Below are positions 45,509 through 56,341 of a DNA stretch of 64,000 nt, in pieces. Below the pieces are notes generated by a model. That model did no database searches, was not told the origin of the DNA, and saw nothing but the letters and a program-made list of their open reading frames with translations. The translations under genes and the position numbers were made by a program. Numbering within the stretch: the stretch's first letter is position 1; each line of letters begins with the position of its first letter. Source of the DNA: a virus; the IMG/VR virus record IMGVR_UViG_3300008262_000008. The stretch is one strand, 5' to 3'.

Positions 45509-48500
45509 TATAATGGTAGTTCTCTAATGTGAATTGTATCCCTAGCAGAAGGAATATGAGTACCAGTGAATACAACGTTTGTGCCCGAAACATTATAATG
45601 AGTAGCAGGTATTTGAAGAACACCATTTAAGAATACAAGAACACTGCTGGAAGTATGTGCTGTTAATGCTGTTAAAGCAAATGTTGTTGTAGTACCATTA
45701 CCAGTATAGTTACGAGAAACATATTTACCACTTAATCCATAAGTACCAGTTACACTTAAATTACCTGTAGCATTTAAGTTACCACCAACATTTAATTTAG
45801 CCGTTGATATTGGAGCGGCGCCAATGCCAACGTTTGTGGTCGTTGATAAAGCATCAGCAGTAATGGCAAAGTTACGAAGATCAAATACTTTAGTATTAGT
45901 TAAACCAAACTGATACCATGTGGTTCCATAATATAACCAACCCAAGTTTCTGCCATATCCAGTTGTAGTACTAGTTGGATCCCAGCTGGTATTCCAAATA
46001 ATATCTCCGTTACTTGGAGTTGTATAATATGTTGGCAATACAGGGTTTCCAGAAGTGTTGGTTGGAGCAATTAAGGTTCCTTTAAGAACTGTACCATCGT
46101 TATTAGAATAAGTAATCTTCTTAGCTTGGAATTCTTGATCTGAAGTAACTTTTGATTGGAAAGTAACAGGACCAGAGAATAATGATTCTAAGGAGTTACT
46201 ATCACCACCAATAACAGTTAGTTTATCAGTAAGAACAAGTTCAGAGAATGTCTGAATGGTAGTTCCTTCTTCACCTACAACATTTAACTGTGCAATGTCA
46301 CTAGAAGTAATTTGACCTGTAACTGGGTTAATAACTTGGTTACCAATGAATAGGTCACCATTTGAGTTTAGACCAGAATAGAATGAAACTCCAGCTGCCT
46401 CCTTCAAACACTGAGCATATTTAACTTGATCAAAGGTAAGAACTTCAATCTGTGTTTGTGGGAATGCAGTTGAGTAGTTACCAGGACCAAATCCAACATA
46501 TTCAAAGGTATGGTTACCAGAACGTTGAATAGAGTGACGACGAAGTTCAATTAGTAGATCGACTACTGTACTTCCTTGTAATTTAAGTGGAATTTTTCTT
46601 GTCTCTGCATCGCCTGCATATGCAGTAACTGTAGTTGTTCCAAGTTTATTTAACGTTGACGTATATCCTAAGGCATTACTTGTCTCTGCAAGGAAAAATT
46701 CTACTGCTTCTTTAGTAATACTACGCTTAGAATCAACGGTTGTTCCATCAGATGTAGCACTTACTGCTCCAATAGTTACATTATCAGCAATTGAAATTGC
46801 TGCTAATGGATCTGCTTGAGGATTATCTCTATCAAATGCAGGATAAACTTCATTCACATTTTGTGAAAACTTGTAATCACTATAATTTGATGTTGTTGGA
46901 GAAATTGACGCACATAATACTGTTAGATAGAAAATACCATCTTGTACATCAGAAATAAAAGGTTGAATTTTTTCAGACTCATAAACGTAAAATACTTTAT
47001 TATAATCTGAAGCTGTTCCCTGTCTAGGTTGAATAACATATCCAGTCAAAGGATCTCTAGGCAGTGGTTTAGCACCTTTAGGAATAACATATCTAAATCT
47101 ATAAATTCTGTCCTTCAGTGTTCTTGCGTCAGAAATTCTCTTAATGAATGCTGAAGGCGTAAAGTTCAAGTTATTATAAATTGTACTTGTATTCAGTTCA
47201 GTATAAATTGTATTTGTAGCACCTTGAACACACTGAATATACCATCCACCAACAACGTTACCTAGTCCAGAAATATTATAAACTGTACTATCATATTTGA
47301 TTGGACTATTTGTTTGTCCTGCTGTAGTTCCTGTTACTAGTCCAGTATTATTGGATGGAGAAATTCTTGCTTCTCGAATAATATTACCTGTCGTTGTCTG
47401 AAGATTACAGAATAATCTATCAGGTAAAGACTGCGTTGTATCATATCTAGCACCAATTTGATAACCTTGTGCTTTAACAGGAGGAGCAGTTGAAGCATTA
47501 GTATATCCATATAGATATAATCTTGCACCAGTTCCAGATGCTCCACCTAAAGCACCAACATGTTTTGTTCTCTTAACATCAATATTTACCCAGTTAATAG
47601 AAATCTCAGTACCAAATGTAATATAACCACTTACTGTTGAAGCATTAGCAACTGAAAGAGTAATTACTGTACCATTAATTGCAGATACTGTAGCATTTGT
47701 TCCTATTCCATTACCACTAACTGCTTGTCCTTGAACAATACCATTATTATTAGCAACAGTAATTGTAAATTGTCCTGATGTACCAGTTGCAGTAGTACTT
47801 ACAACATCTAATTGTTTTGGAGGAATGACATGTGTAAATGTTCCTGCTTTATCTTTAGTAAAGGCAGCTGCTTTAAATCCTCTACATCTCAATGCTGTAC
47901 TACCAAAGTTAGAGTTACTGTTAGTGATCGACATGTCAGCACCACTATCAGCAAAGAAGTGATCACCATATGCAACAGCGAACACCGAAACGACCTGAAT
48001 AAAAGCATCATTAGCAGCTTTAATGTGGCAATGTCGCCACCCCTGTTTATATCGACATGCACCATCTAAGTGAGAACCTGATCCACCGTCATCATATGTT
48101 TTAGTAACTGAATTATATCTTACAAAAGCTCTATCATCTTTCTGCAGAGATAGTCCCGTAAACTGTGCAACAACCATAGATTTAAAACCAGTTGTTCTAA
48201 ATCCATCAGCATTCATACCATTCAATCCCCAAACAGATCGCAATGAACAGTTGAAGATATATGGTGAAGCACTGTCTACAGTATCAATTTCAACCTTTGC
48301 AAGAATATTTGTACCAATAGCATTACCAGACGGTTCAGATGCCATCTGATAAGTGAATAATGAACCTTGTGCCGAAGTAACTTGGAATGATCCATTATAC
48401 AATGCAGCATCAAGATCTGATTGCGGTCCTGTAGATCCAATAACACCACTGACATTAATTGAAATGCCCACAGAGAAACCATGGTTTACTGGAGTATCAT

Positions 48501-49428
48501 CCTCGTCTACAGTAATAGCAGTTGCTGTTTGACCGTTCCTGTTAATTGATAGGACACGAAATTCGTCAGAAATTGGACCAACAATTCTGTTTTCTTCAAC
48601 TCTTGCTTGTAACTGATCTTGTCCAGGTGCTCCAGAAGTATCAGGAATAGAAGCGTATGCTCTTGAAATCTTTTGATAATAAAGTTCTAGATCAGTTCTA
48701 TCTGATAAGTTTGGATCTCCAACTCCACTTGGAATTGTAAGTCTAGATCCACCATCTGCACTTGAAAGGTAACCAAGAGTATTTCTACCATCAGCAAATT
48801 CAAATGCTGTCAACTTATGGTGAGAGAAGCTTGGTTGAATAGTTCTGGGATCACCAGGAAGATAATATACTCCTGTTTCATCACCATCAAAAATGGTGAA
48901 CTGCCACATATAGCATCCACCAGTAACTCTGAATATTGCTGAACTCTTTGGTTCGTTTTCTGAACTAACGCCAATCGAAGATTTTGTTGTTGGATATGGA
49001 ACATACTTAGGAACAATTTTTGTTCTTCTGAGGTCAGATCCAATAATTGAACAACCTCTAGGAACAATTACACCACCTTCAACAGAATTAAACTTATATA
49101 ATACGTTTGATGGATTAGTAATATCAAAGTTACTGTTACTATCTAATGGTGCAATCTGTGTATAATCAAATTCTCCTGGTCTATTATCAATAATATATTC
49201 GGAAGGATACAGATAGATACTAAAAGCATCAAATTCGTCGTTTGAAAGTCCTACTCTATACGAAAATCTAGCAACTTCTAAAAATGCTCTTTGTAAAGTT
49301 TTAAACGGTCTTAGAGCAGAGTTGCCCCTATTATCAATCGAATCTGTAGCATCAAAATCGTCTGGGTTGACGTAAATAATACGCCCAGTACGAGAAGTGA
49401 CAATATTCTTTAATCTTGTTAATGACAT
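45508..49428 (-). CDS. Large virion structural / tail-fibre-like protein
   Basis: 1306 aa; N-terminal IYVNPDDFDATD...RPFKTLQRA with a beta-helix-like region; C-terminal GNGTTTTFAL...VFLNGVLQ repeat. Confidence 0.8.
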   Translation of the reverse strand: MSLTRLKNIVTSRTGRIIYVNPDDFDATDSIDNRGNSALRPFKTLQRAFLEVARFSYRVGLSNDEFDAFSIYLYPSEYIIDNRPGEFDYTQIAPLDSNSNFDITNPSNVLYKFNSVEGGVIVPRGCSIIGSDLRRTKIVPKYVPYPTTKSSIGVSSENEPKSSAIFRVTGGCYMWQFTIFDGDETGVYYLPGDPRTIQPSFSHHKLTAFEFADGRNTLGYLSSADGGSRLTIPSGVGDPNLSDRTDLELYYQKISRAYASIPDTSGAPGQDQLQARVEENRIVGPISDEFRVLSINRNGQTATAITVDEDDTPVNHGFSVGISINVSGVIGSTGPQSDLDAALYNGSFQVTSAQGSLFTYQMASEPSGNAIGTNILAKVEIDTVDSASPYIFNCSLRSVWGLNGMNADGFRTTGFKSMVVAQFTGLSLQKDDRAFVRYNSVTKTYDDGGSGSHLDGACRYKQGWRHCHIKAANDAFIQVVSVFAVAYGDHFFADSGADMSITNSNSNFGSTALRCRGFKAAAFTKDKAGTFTHVIPPKQLDVVSTTATGTSGQFTITVANNNGIVQGQAVSGNGIGTNATVSAINGTVITLSVANASTVSGYITFGTEISINWVNIDVKRTKHVGALGGASGTGARLYLYGYTNASTAPPVKAQGYQIGARYDTTQSLPDRLFCNLQTTTGNIIREARISPSNNTGLVTGTTAGQTNSPIKYDSTVYNISGLGNVVGGWYIQCVQGATNTIYTELNTSTIYNNLNFTPSAFIKRISDARTLKDRIYRFRYVIPKGAKPLPRDPLTGYVIQPRQGTASDYNKVFYVYESEKIQPFISDVQDGIFYLTVLCASISPTTSNYSDYKFSQNVNEVYPAFDRDNPQADPLAAISIADNVTIGAVSATSDGTTVDSKRSITKEAVEFFLAETSNALGYTSTLNKLGTTTVTAYAGDAETRKIPLKLQGSTVVDLLIELRRHSIQRSGNHTFEYVGFGPGNYSTAFPQTQIEVLTFDQVKYAQCLKEAAGVSFYSGLNSNGDLFIGNQVINPVTGQITSSDIAQLNVVGEEGTTIQTFSELVLTDKLTVIGGDSNSLESLFSGPVTFQSKVTSDQEFQAKKITYSNNDGTVLKGTLIAPTNTSGNPVLPTYYTTPSNGDIIWNTSWDPTSTTTGYGRNLGWLYYGTTWYQFGLTNTKVFDLRNFAITADALSTTTNVGIGAAPISTAKLNVGGNLNATGNLSVTGTYGLSGKYVSRNYTGNGTTTTFALTALTAHTSSSVLVFLNGVLQIPATHYNVSGTNVVFTGTHIPSARDTIHIRELPL

Positions 49429-49455
49429 TTCTTATTTCCGTATAGAGGTTAAGAA

Positions 49456-51258
49456 TTATAGCGATTGAGTATACTGAACAACTGCAAAGTCACTAGTGAC
49501 ATCCTCAAATCCATCCAAAACATAACTAAGAGTATTAGCAGTTGAATATATAACAATATTTTGTCCAGGTCCAACTACAATTCCAGAATTTTTATCAGTG
49601 ACATTTCCAGAAATTGCTTTATCATAAAAAATGTAATCTGCAGTATCATCAACATCAGTATTTGTCGTTACAGCAGAAGGTGTAATTAAAGTTCTAGCAG
49701 ACCCTGATAACTTAGGAGTATCATAAAATGCATTACTTGTAGTAAATACTGCTGATCCCACACCCAGAGAGACTTTCAAACTAGTAGAACTATAACTTTG
49801 TACATATCCATAAGGACCAGTTGTTACTGTTCCTACAGTCTGTGTAGTATTGCCAATAACAATTACGTCAGTCGATATCCAAGTACCTGTAGGATCATAT
49901 ACATAAACCTCACTATAACGAGGATCTGGATCTACTGTAACTGCTCCACCAAATCCACTATTAGCATCTTCATAATAGAATAATGAATAAACACCACTAA
50001 TATTAGAATTGGTAACTACAAACTGAGTATATGCACCAGAACTACCTGGTGTACCACTTGTTGTTACACCTTCTGTTGCACCAAAATTTCCATTACCACC
50101 TTCTGAAATATCTGCAAAACTAAGTACATATCCAGTATTACTGGTATCATTTGTCAAAAATCTATATGTTCTTCCAAGATCTAAAGTTAGAGTTGCATAT
50201 CTACCATATGTACCCGATCCCAAATCAAATACATATTGGTTTGAAGAACTATAAGTAGTAGATGTATTAGTTGCTGTAGCCCCACTTGGAGAAGCAGTGA
50301 GTGCATCTTGATCTGCAAAAAATCTAAGAACGAGAGATCCCGAGTTTACATAACGTGTAATCGTTGCTCCGTTTGCCGCAGTAGCAGCAGTTGTACTGAA
50401 TGATGCCCTAGTAACTGTAAAATCACTAGCATTTACTGCAGTAATCGTCAATAATTCATTACCAATTTTAATATAATCACCTTGAGAGAAACCTGCAGTA
50501 CTAGCAACTGGAATAGTGGTATCACTAGCAGTAATACCTCCTACTTGGTTAATTGTAGTAGTTATTGGACTTGCACTAGCACTCAAAATACTTGCTGTAG
50601 TTCCTGCAGTGTGTGCAGCTGCAGTAGTAGCAAGAGACCCTCTAGTGACATTTAGAGTTCTATTAGTAATACCTGTAACAGTAATCAATTCTGAATCTGC
50701 ATAAAGATAATCTGTTGCAATAACTGTAGATACATCATTAACAATAATTGAAGTTACCCCACTAGTAACAGGAGAAATATTTAAAGTAAGACCATTTGTT
50801 GAAGTTGCATACACAGTAGCAGATAATCCAAATGTATTGCTAACAGAATCACCTACAGCAAAAGTTCCAGAAGGACTGGAAATATTAATATCACCTAAAG
50901 AAGCAACTTTAACTCCAATACTGATATTTGATGTTGGAATTACAGCATCGAGTAACTTTGCAGTTTTCTTACCATCAGCACTAGTAATATTAGCACCTGG
51001 ACTAAATTCACTTAGTTTAACTCCAGGAGAAAGTGCTAATTTGTAAGATGATACTGGATTTCCTCTATAGAAATTTTGAGCAGCAGGAACTGTCAAAATT
51101 TGATCATAATCTTTTAAGGCAACTCTATATGAAGTTGCACTAGAACTCTGATTGCAAACATTTAATACAGCACTAGCTGATCCTGTGATTGGACACCTAT
51201 ACAATATCGTATTGGTTGTTGCTGCTGGTTTTGATGAAGCTAATTTACCTGCGGTCAT
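49456..51258 (-). CDS. Virion structural protein
   Basis: 600 aa, Thr/Ser/Gly-rich; two ELITVT..TVTRG..TTAAAH-type repeats. Confidence 0.75.
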   Translation of the reverse strand: MTAGKLASSKPAATTNTILYRCPITGSASAVLNVCNQSSSATSYRVALKDYDQILTVPAAQNFYRGNPVSSYKLALSPGVKLSEFSPGANITSADGKKTAKLLDAVIPTSNISIGVKVASLGDINISSPSGTFAVGDSVSNTFGLSATVYATSTNGLTLNISPVTSGVTSIIVNDVSTVIATDYLYADSELITVTGITNRTLNVTRGSLATTAAAHTAGTTASILSASASPITTTINQVGGITASDTTIPVASTAGFSQGDYIKIGNELLTITAVNASDFTVTRASFSTTAATAANGATITRYVNSGSLVLRFFADQDALTASPSGATATNTSTTYSSSNQYVFDLGSGTYGRYATLTLDLGRTYRFLTNDTSNTGYVLSFADISEGGNGNFGATEGVTTSGTPGSSGAYTQFVVTNSNISGVYSLFYYEDANSGFGGAVTVDPDPRYSEVYVYDPTGTWISTDVIVIGNTTQTVGTVTTGPYGYVQSYSSTSLKVSLGVGSAVFTTSNAFYDTPKLSGSARTLITPSAVTTNTDVDDTADYIFYDKAISGNVTDKNSGIVVGPGQNIVIYSTANTLSYVLDGFEDVTSDFAVVQYTQSL

Positions 51259-51265
51259 TTTCTAA

Positions 51266-52588
51266 TTACCATCCTGCTAAAAAGTGTGATTGAAGTCTTA
51301 GTCTGCCTCCGAAACTTGCTGCTGATAGAGCACCCCCAAATGCAATTCCTTCAACTGCAGTATTATCAGTTGAAAGTAGAGTAGCATTTCCATCAGGAAA
51401 TTTAATTGTTCTATTAGTAGTAATATTTGATAAATCAAAATTAATTACTCTAGAACTATCTACACTATCAACAAACTTTGCTTTATCTATACTCTTATTA
51501 TATAGGATTTGTGTAGCTCTTTCAGTAACTACAATACTTGGAGTTCCAGTTACATTTAAAGATGCTGCAGGAAATCCAAAATTATAGTTATTTCCTGAAG
51601 TTTGATTAGTTAAACTAAAAGTAATTTTTTTGGTAGGATCAACTGTATCAGCAAATGTAGGTGAAAGATAATTTTTATTGCTAATATTTTGAGCATTTGC
51701 TTCACCAACCACAGTAATATTTGAGTTTGGAAATGTTACTGTTCTTGGAGAAGATACTCCCTCACAACTAATAATAATTTTACCAGTAGAGGTAGTAGTA
51801 TCTGCAAATGAAGTAGCGATTAAACTTTTATTTGATAAATTTTGAGTTGCTAAAGTATCTGCAAGTTCTACCGAAGTGAATGCATTACCTGGATCTGGAA
51901 GAAAATAAGTTCTGGTAGAAAGAGGAGTACCAGACCAATTAATTCCAAAAGAAGCTCTCTTATTTGTATCATCACCATCTAAAATAACAAGATCACTTTC
52001 TGAAATATTAATCTGCTTATTACTTAGAGTTTGAATTGTGTCAGTTCCAACCAAAGTCAAAGTTGAACCTTGAATTAATGGAAATGCAACTGTTCTTCCG
52101 CTTGTCGGACCAGTTACTCCAGAAACGATAGAATTTAAATCAAATTTGATCTTTTTGTTACTATCAAGTGCATTGGTAACAACTAAATTAGTATCAGTAA
52201 CTCTAAATTCTCCACCAACTGAAATAAATCCACCAGCTTTTGGAACAAGACGCAAACTAGCATTAGGAGCAGTATCATCTAAAAGAGAACAAGTAATAGT
52301 TGCATCAGTACCAGAAACTGATCTTTGATATAACAGTCCAGCTGGACCAAATGCTACACCTAATTCATTTGCAGCAGACTGATAAAATCCAGTTGATCTA
52401 TTAAGACTAAACGCAATTCCTGGAGCTGCCTTACTTCCTGAAGAAGCACAACGAAGTACTTGACTTGTTTTTGCTTGCCTATTAGGAGAAAGTGGGTCAG
52501 AAACAACTACTGGTAGAATTGCCTCTGAAGTTAGCTCAGCATCAGTAATTGGTTGTAGTTGTGTAATCTTTTTGGTTACTGTTGCCAC
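51266..52588 (-). CDS. Virion structural / tail-fibre-like protein
   Basis: 440 aa; KKITQL start; about five internal repeats of xRTxxFP...TLxGxxxxQxLSNK. Confidence 0.75.
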   Translation of the reverse strand: MATVTKKITQLQPITDAELTSEAILPVVVSDPLSPNRQAKTSQVLRCASSGSKAAPGIAFSLNRSTGFYQSAANELGVAFGPAGLLYQRSVSGTDATITCSLLDDTAPNASLRLVPKAGGFISVGGEFRVTDTNLVVTNALDSNKKIKFDLNSIVSGVTGPTSGRTVAFPLIQGSTLTLVGTDTIQTLSNKQINISESDLVILDGDDTNKRASFGINWSGTPLSTRTYFLPDPGNAFTSVELADTLATQNLSNKSLIATSFADTTTSTGKIIISCEGVSSPRTVTFPNSNITVVGEANAQNISNKNYLSPTFADTVDPTKKITFSLTNQTSGNNYNFGFPAASLNVTGTPSIVVTERATQILYNKSIDKAKFVDSVDSSRVINFDLSNITTNRTIKFPDGNATLLSTDNTAVEGIAFGGALSAASFGGRLRLQSHFLAGW

Positions 52589-52633
52589 TTAATTATCTCA
52601 CCTATTATCTACAGTTTTATTTATAACGTTTAA

Positions 52634-52705
52634 AGCCCCCGACAAGATTCGAACTTGCGACCAGCGGTTTACAAAACCGCTGCTCTACCACTGAGCTACA
52701 GAGGC
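52634..52705 (-). tRNA. trnT: tRNA-Thr(UGU)
   Basis: GCCTCTGTAGCTCAGTGGTAGAGCAGCGGTTTTGTAAACCGCTGGTCGCAAGTTCGAATCTTGTCGGGGGCT; cloverleaf; no encoded CCA. Confidence 0.95.
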
Positions 52706-52709
52706 ATAA

Positions 52710-52991
52710 TTATTGATCTATCATTAGATCTTGAATTGAAACACTATCTTCAGTGTATTCTAACTCAAATAACAATGGGTGTACACATTCAGCAATAAGA
52801 TAACTAGATCCTCTTCCAATATCTTCGATAGAGATTGGATCTGAATTTCCAACTTCTAAGTAGACTTCAGGATTTATTTTTTCTTCCTGGGTAACATCAT
52901 CCCAGGAAAAAGGAACACCATTTGCATAATATACTTTAACAATACCTCTACTGAATAGAAATTGATACTTAAGATGTATCGTTATTTTCAT
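52710..52991 (-). CDS. Conserved cyanophage hypothetical protein
   Basis: ORF track, 93 aa. Confidence 0.75.
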   Translation of the reverse strand: MKITIHLKYQFLFSRGIVKVYYANGVPFSWDDVTQEEKINPEVYLEVGNSDPISIEDIGRGSSYLIAECVHPLLFELEYTEDSVSIQDLMIDQ

Positions 52992-53323
52992 CTATCGAAA
53001 CAATTTGTTTTATGGTTAGAAGATTGTAGCTCCATAACCAAATGTAGAATTGCAGGTCTTGGATCGCAATCCCCACAAGTAAAAGCATCTATTGCAGCAC
53101 ACTGACGTTCTGGCCAAGTATGAATACTTAAATGACTTTCAGAAAGTAAAGCAACCATAGTAATACCATGAGGATCAAATTGATGATATGAAATATTCAG
53201 AAGAGTTGCTTTTGATTTATTTATTGCCTCAACAAAGGCACTTTTAAGGAATTCTACATCATTAAGTAATAGTGCAGAACAACCATAGACTTCAGTTACA
53301 CAATGTTTTCCTAGTTTTTCCAA
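52988..53323 (-). CDS. speD: S-adenosylmethionine decarboxylase proenzyme
   Basis: LGKH...LLSESHLSIHTWPE...AIDAFTCG with the ES self-cleavage site. Confidence 0.95.
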   Translation of the reverse strand: MEKLGKHCVTEVYGCSALLLNDVEFLKSAFVEAINKSKATLLNISYHQFDPHGITMVALLSESHLSIHTWPERQCAAIDAFTCGDCDPRPAILHLVMELQSSNHKTNCFDR

Positions 53324-53358
53324 TTACATAAATTCTCCAATTTACTTATGTATACAAG

Positions 53359-53442
53359 TAGGAGCAGGGAGACTTGAACTCCCACGGGCATAAGCCCAAC
53401 AGATTTTAAGTCTGGTGTGTCTACCGATTCCACCATGCTCCC
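53359..53442 (-). tRNA. trnL: tRNA-Leu(UAA)
   Basis: GGGAGCATGGTGGAATCGGTAGACACACCAGACTTAAAATCTG...GTTCAAGTCTCCCTGCTCCTA; long variable arm. Confidence 0.95.
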
Positions 53443-53492
53443 AAGAGGGGAAAGTTTCCTTCCCCCAACACTTCCCTCACACGGACAAGAGT

Positions 53493-53521
53493 AATATAGC
53501 AGGGTTCGGGCAGGTTGTCAA
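53493..53521 (-). promoter_or_regulatory. Sigma70-type promoter for tRNA-Leu / speD
   Basis: TTGACA (53516-53521), 17 bp, TATATT (53493-53498). Confidence 0.7.
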
Positions 53522-53525
53522 GGGG

Positions 53526-53798
53526 TCAGACAATTTCAGTCGGTTTTAAGAATTCTTGTTCTAGTTCTTTAAGATCTTCCGCAATCGACATTTGATCTAC
53601 GTCTGGAGTTTCCAATGGAATGTTATTAGTTATAAGGTCTTTTAACTCATCATTAATTGGTACGCATAAGACTGCCTTTCCTTGGTTCGTAACGATCTTA
53701 ATTGTAGTACCTCTTTGTACAAGTGTCAAGCAGAAATCAAAGTTTTGTGAGAATTCATCTTCTGCAATTTCTAAAAAATTATTCATAAAAGTCTCCAT
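53526..53798 (-). CDS. Phd/YefM antitoxin-like protein
   Basis: Likely start METF at 53798; EDEFSQNFDFCLTLVQRGTTIKIVTNQGKAVLCVP resembles the Phd N-terminal pattern. Confidence 0.5.
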   Translation of the reverse strand: METFMNNFLEIAEDEFSQNFDFCLTLVQRGTTIKIVTNQGKAVLCVPINDELKDLITNNIPLETPDVDQMSIAEDLKELEQEFLKPTEIV

Positions 53799-56317
53799 TA
53801 ATTTAACATAATTACTGTTCCCATAATCACAACAGTACCTGCCGCAGCAGTGATTGTGATTGCTCCAGCAGCACATGTAGTGGTAAATGGACCTGCAGCA
53901 ATACTATTTACCATACCACCAGCAGCAACATTATTTACAATACCACCAGCAGCAACATTATTTACAATACCACCAGCAGCAACACTATTTACCATAGGTC
54001 CACAACTTGTAGTTGTAATAGTTGGGACTGCAGATCCTGGAGCAAGACCAGGAATAGTTGTAGTTAAAATACTACCACTAACAGTTGTTGTAATTCCAGT
54101 AATCACCTTTGGTAAAGGTGAAGGTGGAATATTAATGTTCTGCATTAAATGTGGTGTATTAATTGTTGTTGAACTACCACCAGATAAATTTAAATCATTT
54201 GAAGCATTTAAGTTAATTGATCCTGCATTAATATTATATGTGTCCGAGATAAGTTTAATGTCTGTTCCACGATGAGCGGCAACAGTAGTAGAAGCAGATG
54301 TCATTTGAATTCTACCACTTCCTCCAATATCAGCTTCTCCCGCAAAATGAATTACACTTTTAACTTGCTTTTTAGCAGTTGAATTCTTTTTACCAGTTTT
54401 AATATTTCTAGGTTTGGGAGCACTAGCAACATTGACAAACATGCCGCCACCTATTTCTAAATGAAAATCACCATTAACTTTTAATCGAAGATCCCCATCA
54501 ATATTCATAAAGTGATCTCCACCAACTTTATGCATATGATCTAACGGAATATTTTCTGTTAAAGTACCAGCATAACCCCAATAGTCACCAACAAGACATT
54601 TTTTGGGGTCTAAAAGACTTTTTGCTTTTTCTTCTGGAGTTTGCCCTGCTTGTTTTTGCTTCTCTCCTTTTAAGTATTCTGCATGTGTCTTTGTATCAAC
54701 CTTAGATTGAGTATGAGTAGTTCCATTACCTCCACGAGTAATTGTACTTTCTATTCCTGGAGTGGAATTTTGGAGAATATATGCACCGTTAGCAAAAGTT
54801 TGAATAGTTGAAAGTAATGGATTGATATTTTGAAACATAATATCAAAGATACTTTGTTTATCTCCATTACCAACTTCAAAATTAATTAATTCATTGATGT
54901 TTTGTTCATCACAAGCAGTTCCACCTAGAAATGGAACCCATCCATCAGTCTGAGGTTGTGAAGGTTTTTGATTACATCCAGTTTCAAAAAGACTAACTAA
55001 ATTAACAATAAAATCAACAATTTGCTGTACACTTAGTTTTTCAAAGTCTATTTTGAAAATATTTGTTCCTAATGAACCAGTGACTTCATCAACACCTTTA
55101 AATGCTTTAGCAATGCCTTCAATCTGTTTCATTACACTTAAAACTTGCTTTACCATACTTAGAATTTGTCTAAGTTGATTGAAGATATATTCTTTAATAC
55201 TTTCAACGGTCGTTAAAATACCAGAAGCCAAATCAAATGCTTTATTAACTAATCCTGTAACAAAACTTTCAACAAAACCCATTGGATCACTCAAAAGAGC
55301 AAAAATTGTGGCATCTAATCCACAAAGAAGTTGCTGTAACACTTGAGCAATCCCTTTCATAACGATAGTAGCTACAAGGGGAACTCCTGTAGATAATGAT
55401 TTTTTAATAGGATCTAATACATCAGCAATTAAATTCATTACTGCCTGCTTAATTGTACCTAAAAATCCAGATAAAATTGTAGTAATTAAATTTTCTACTT
55501 TAGCAATAATTCTATCAACCTTTTCAACTGCTCCTGTAAGCATATTAACAAATCCACCCTTACCATCAGGAACACTTTCTGAAAGAGTTGCTGCTAATTC
55601 TTCTAAAGCAACACAAATAGAATATTCATATGTTTGCCAAACACCTTTAATACCATCAGCTGCAGGTTGCTTACAACTCGAAAGTTTTGGTTTTGCTGTA
55701 TTTGCATCACTACCCTGAGAAAAAGTAGGTGCTTGCTGAGGAATATCTGGTCTAGGAGTTCCACCTTTAGAAGGATCTGTTCCACCAGTAGCAGAAGGAT
55801 TTGGAGATGGAGATGTATTTCCTCCACTAATAGTTTGATCACCTCCAGGTGTTTCAATAAAACTATTAGGAGTTCCCTTATGAAGAGCTGTTCCATCTTC
55901 AGCAACATCATTTCCTGCTGCCCATTGAGCAGCAATTCCACCATCTTTACTAATAAATCCTTTATTAATAGTTCTTAAGACACCCATCACAACAGGTAAT
56001 TGGGCTTCTTCACCATCCATGAAAAATCCCATAACAATTGCACCTGGATCCAATTGACCTGCAGAATATCCTAATCCATCAGTTCCTGATTGATTAGTTG
56101 GTTGTAATACCAATGCCCAAGGCAAATTTTTGTTAGGTAAAGCAGTTTTATACTCTTTAGTTGGTCCAGTATACCAACCAAGAACTCTAACTTTAACTCT
56201 ACCTAGATGTAGTGGATCATCCTTATCTTCTACTTCTCCAATCCACCACACATAAGATCCACGACCCATAAAATCGGTCTTATTCTCACCTATAATATTT
56301 TCAATACTAGCTGCCAT
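53798..56317 (-). CDS. gp5: Baseplate central spike gp5 (OB-fold N-terminus, beta-helix C-terminus)
   Basis: WWIGEVEDKDDPLHLGRVKVRVLG...LPWA...GAIVMGFFMDG..Q.P.VMG; VGGDHFMNIDGD-type repeats. Confidence 0.92.
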   Translation of the reverse strand: MAASIENIIGENKTDFMGRGSYVWWIGEVEDKDDPLHLGRVKVRVLGWYTGPTKEYKTALPNKNLPWALVLQPTNQSGTDGLGYSAGQLDPGAIVMGFFMDGEEAQLPVVMGVLRTINKGFISKDGGIAAQWAAGNDVAEDGTALHKGTPNSFIETPGGDQTISGGNTSPSPNPSATGGTDPSKGGTPRPDIPQQAPTFSQGSDANTAKPKLSSCKQPAADGIKGVWQTYEYSICVALEELAATLSESVPDGKGGFVNMLTGAVEKVDRIIAKVENLITTILSGFLGTIKQAVMNLIADVLDPIKKSLSTGVPLVATIVMKGIAQVLQQLLCGLDATIFALLSDPMGFVESFVTGLVNKAFDLASGILTTVESIKEYIFNQLRQILSMVKQVLSVMKQIEGIAKAFKGVDEVTGSLGTNIFKIDFEKLSVQQIVDFIVNLVSLFETGCNQKPSQPQTDGWVPFLGGTACDEQNINELINFEVGNGDKQSIFDIMFQNINPLLSTIQTFANGAYILQNSTPGIESTITRGGNGTTHTQSKVDTKTHAEYLKGEKQKQAGQTPEEKAKSLLDPKKCLVGDYWGYAGTLTENIPLDHMHKVGGDHFMNIDGDLRLKVNGDFHLEIGGGMFVNVASAPKPRNIKTGKKNSTAKKQVKSVIHFAGEADIGGSGRIQMTSASTTVAAHRGTDIKLISDTYNINAGSINLNASNDLNLSGGSSTTINTPHLMQNINIPPSPLPKVITGITTTVSGSILTTTIPGLAPGSAVPTITTTSCGPMVNSVAAGGIVNNVAAGGIVNNVAAGGMVNSIAAGPFTTTCAAGAITITAAAGTVVIMGTVIMLN
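53914..53994. repeat. 27-bp tandem repeat x3 near the gp5 C-terminus
   Basis: TACCACCAGCAGCAACATTATTTACAA twice perfectly plus one variant; encodes (N/S)VAAGGIVN. Confidence 0.9.
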
Positions 56318-56341
56318 GAATTTATTGTGGGAATTACTTGA

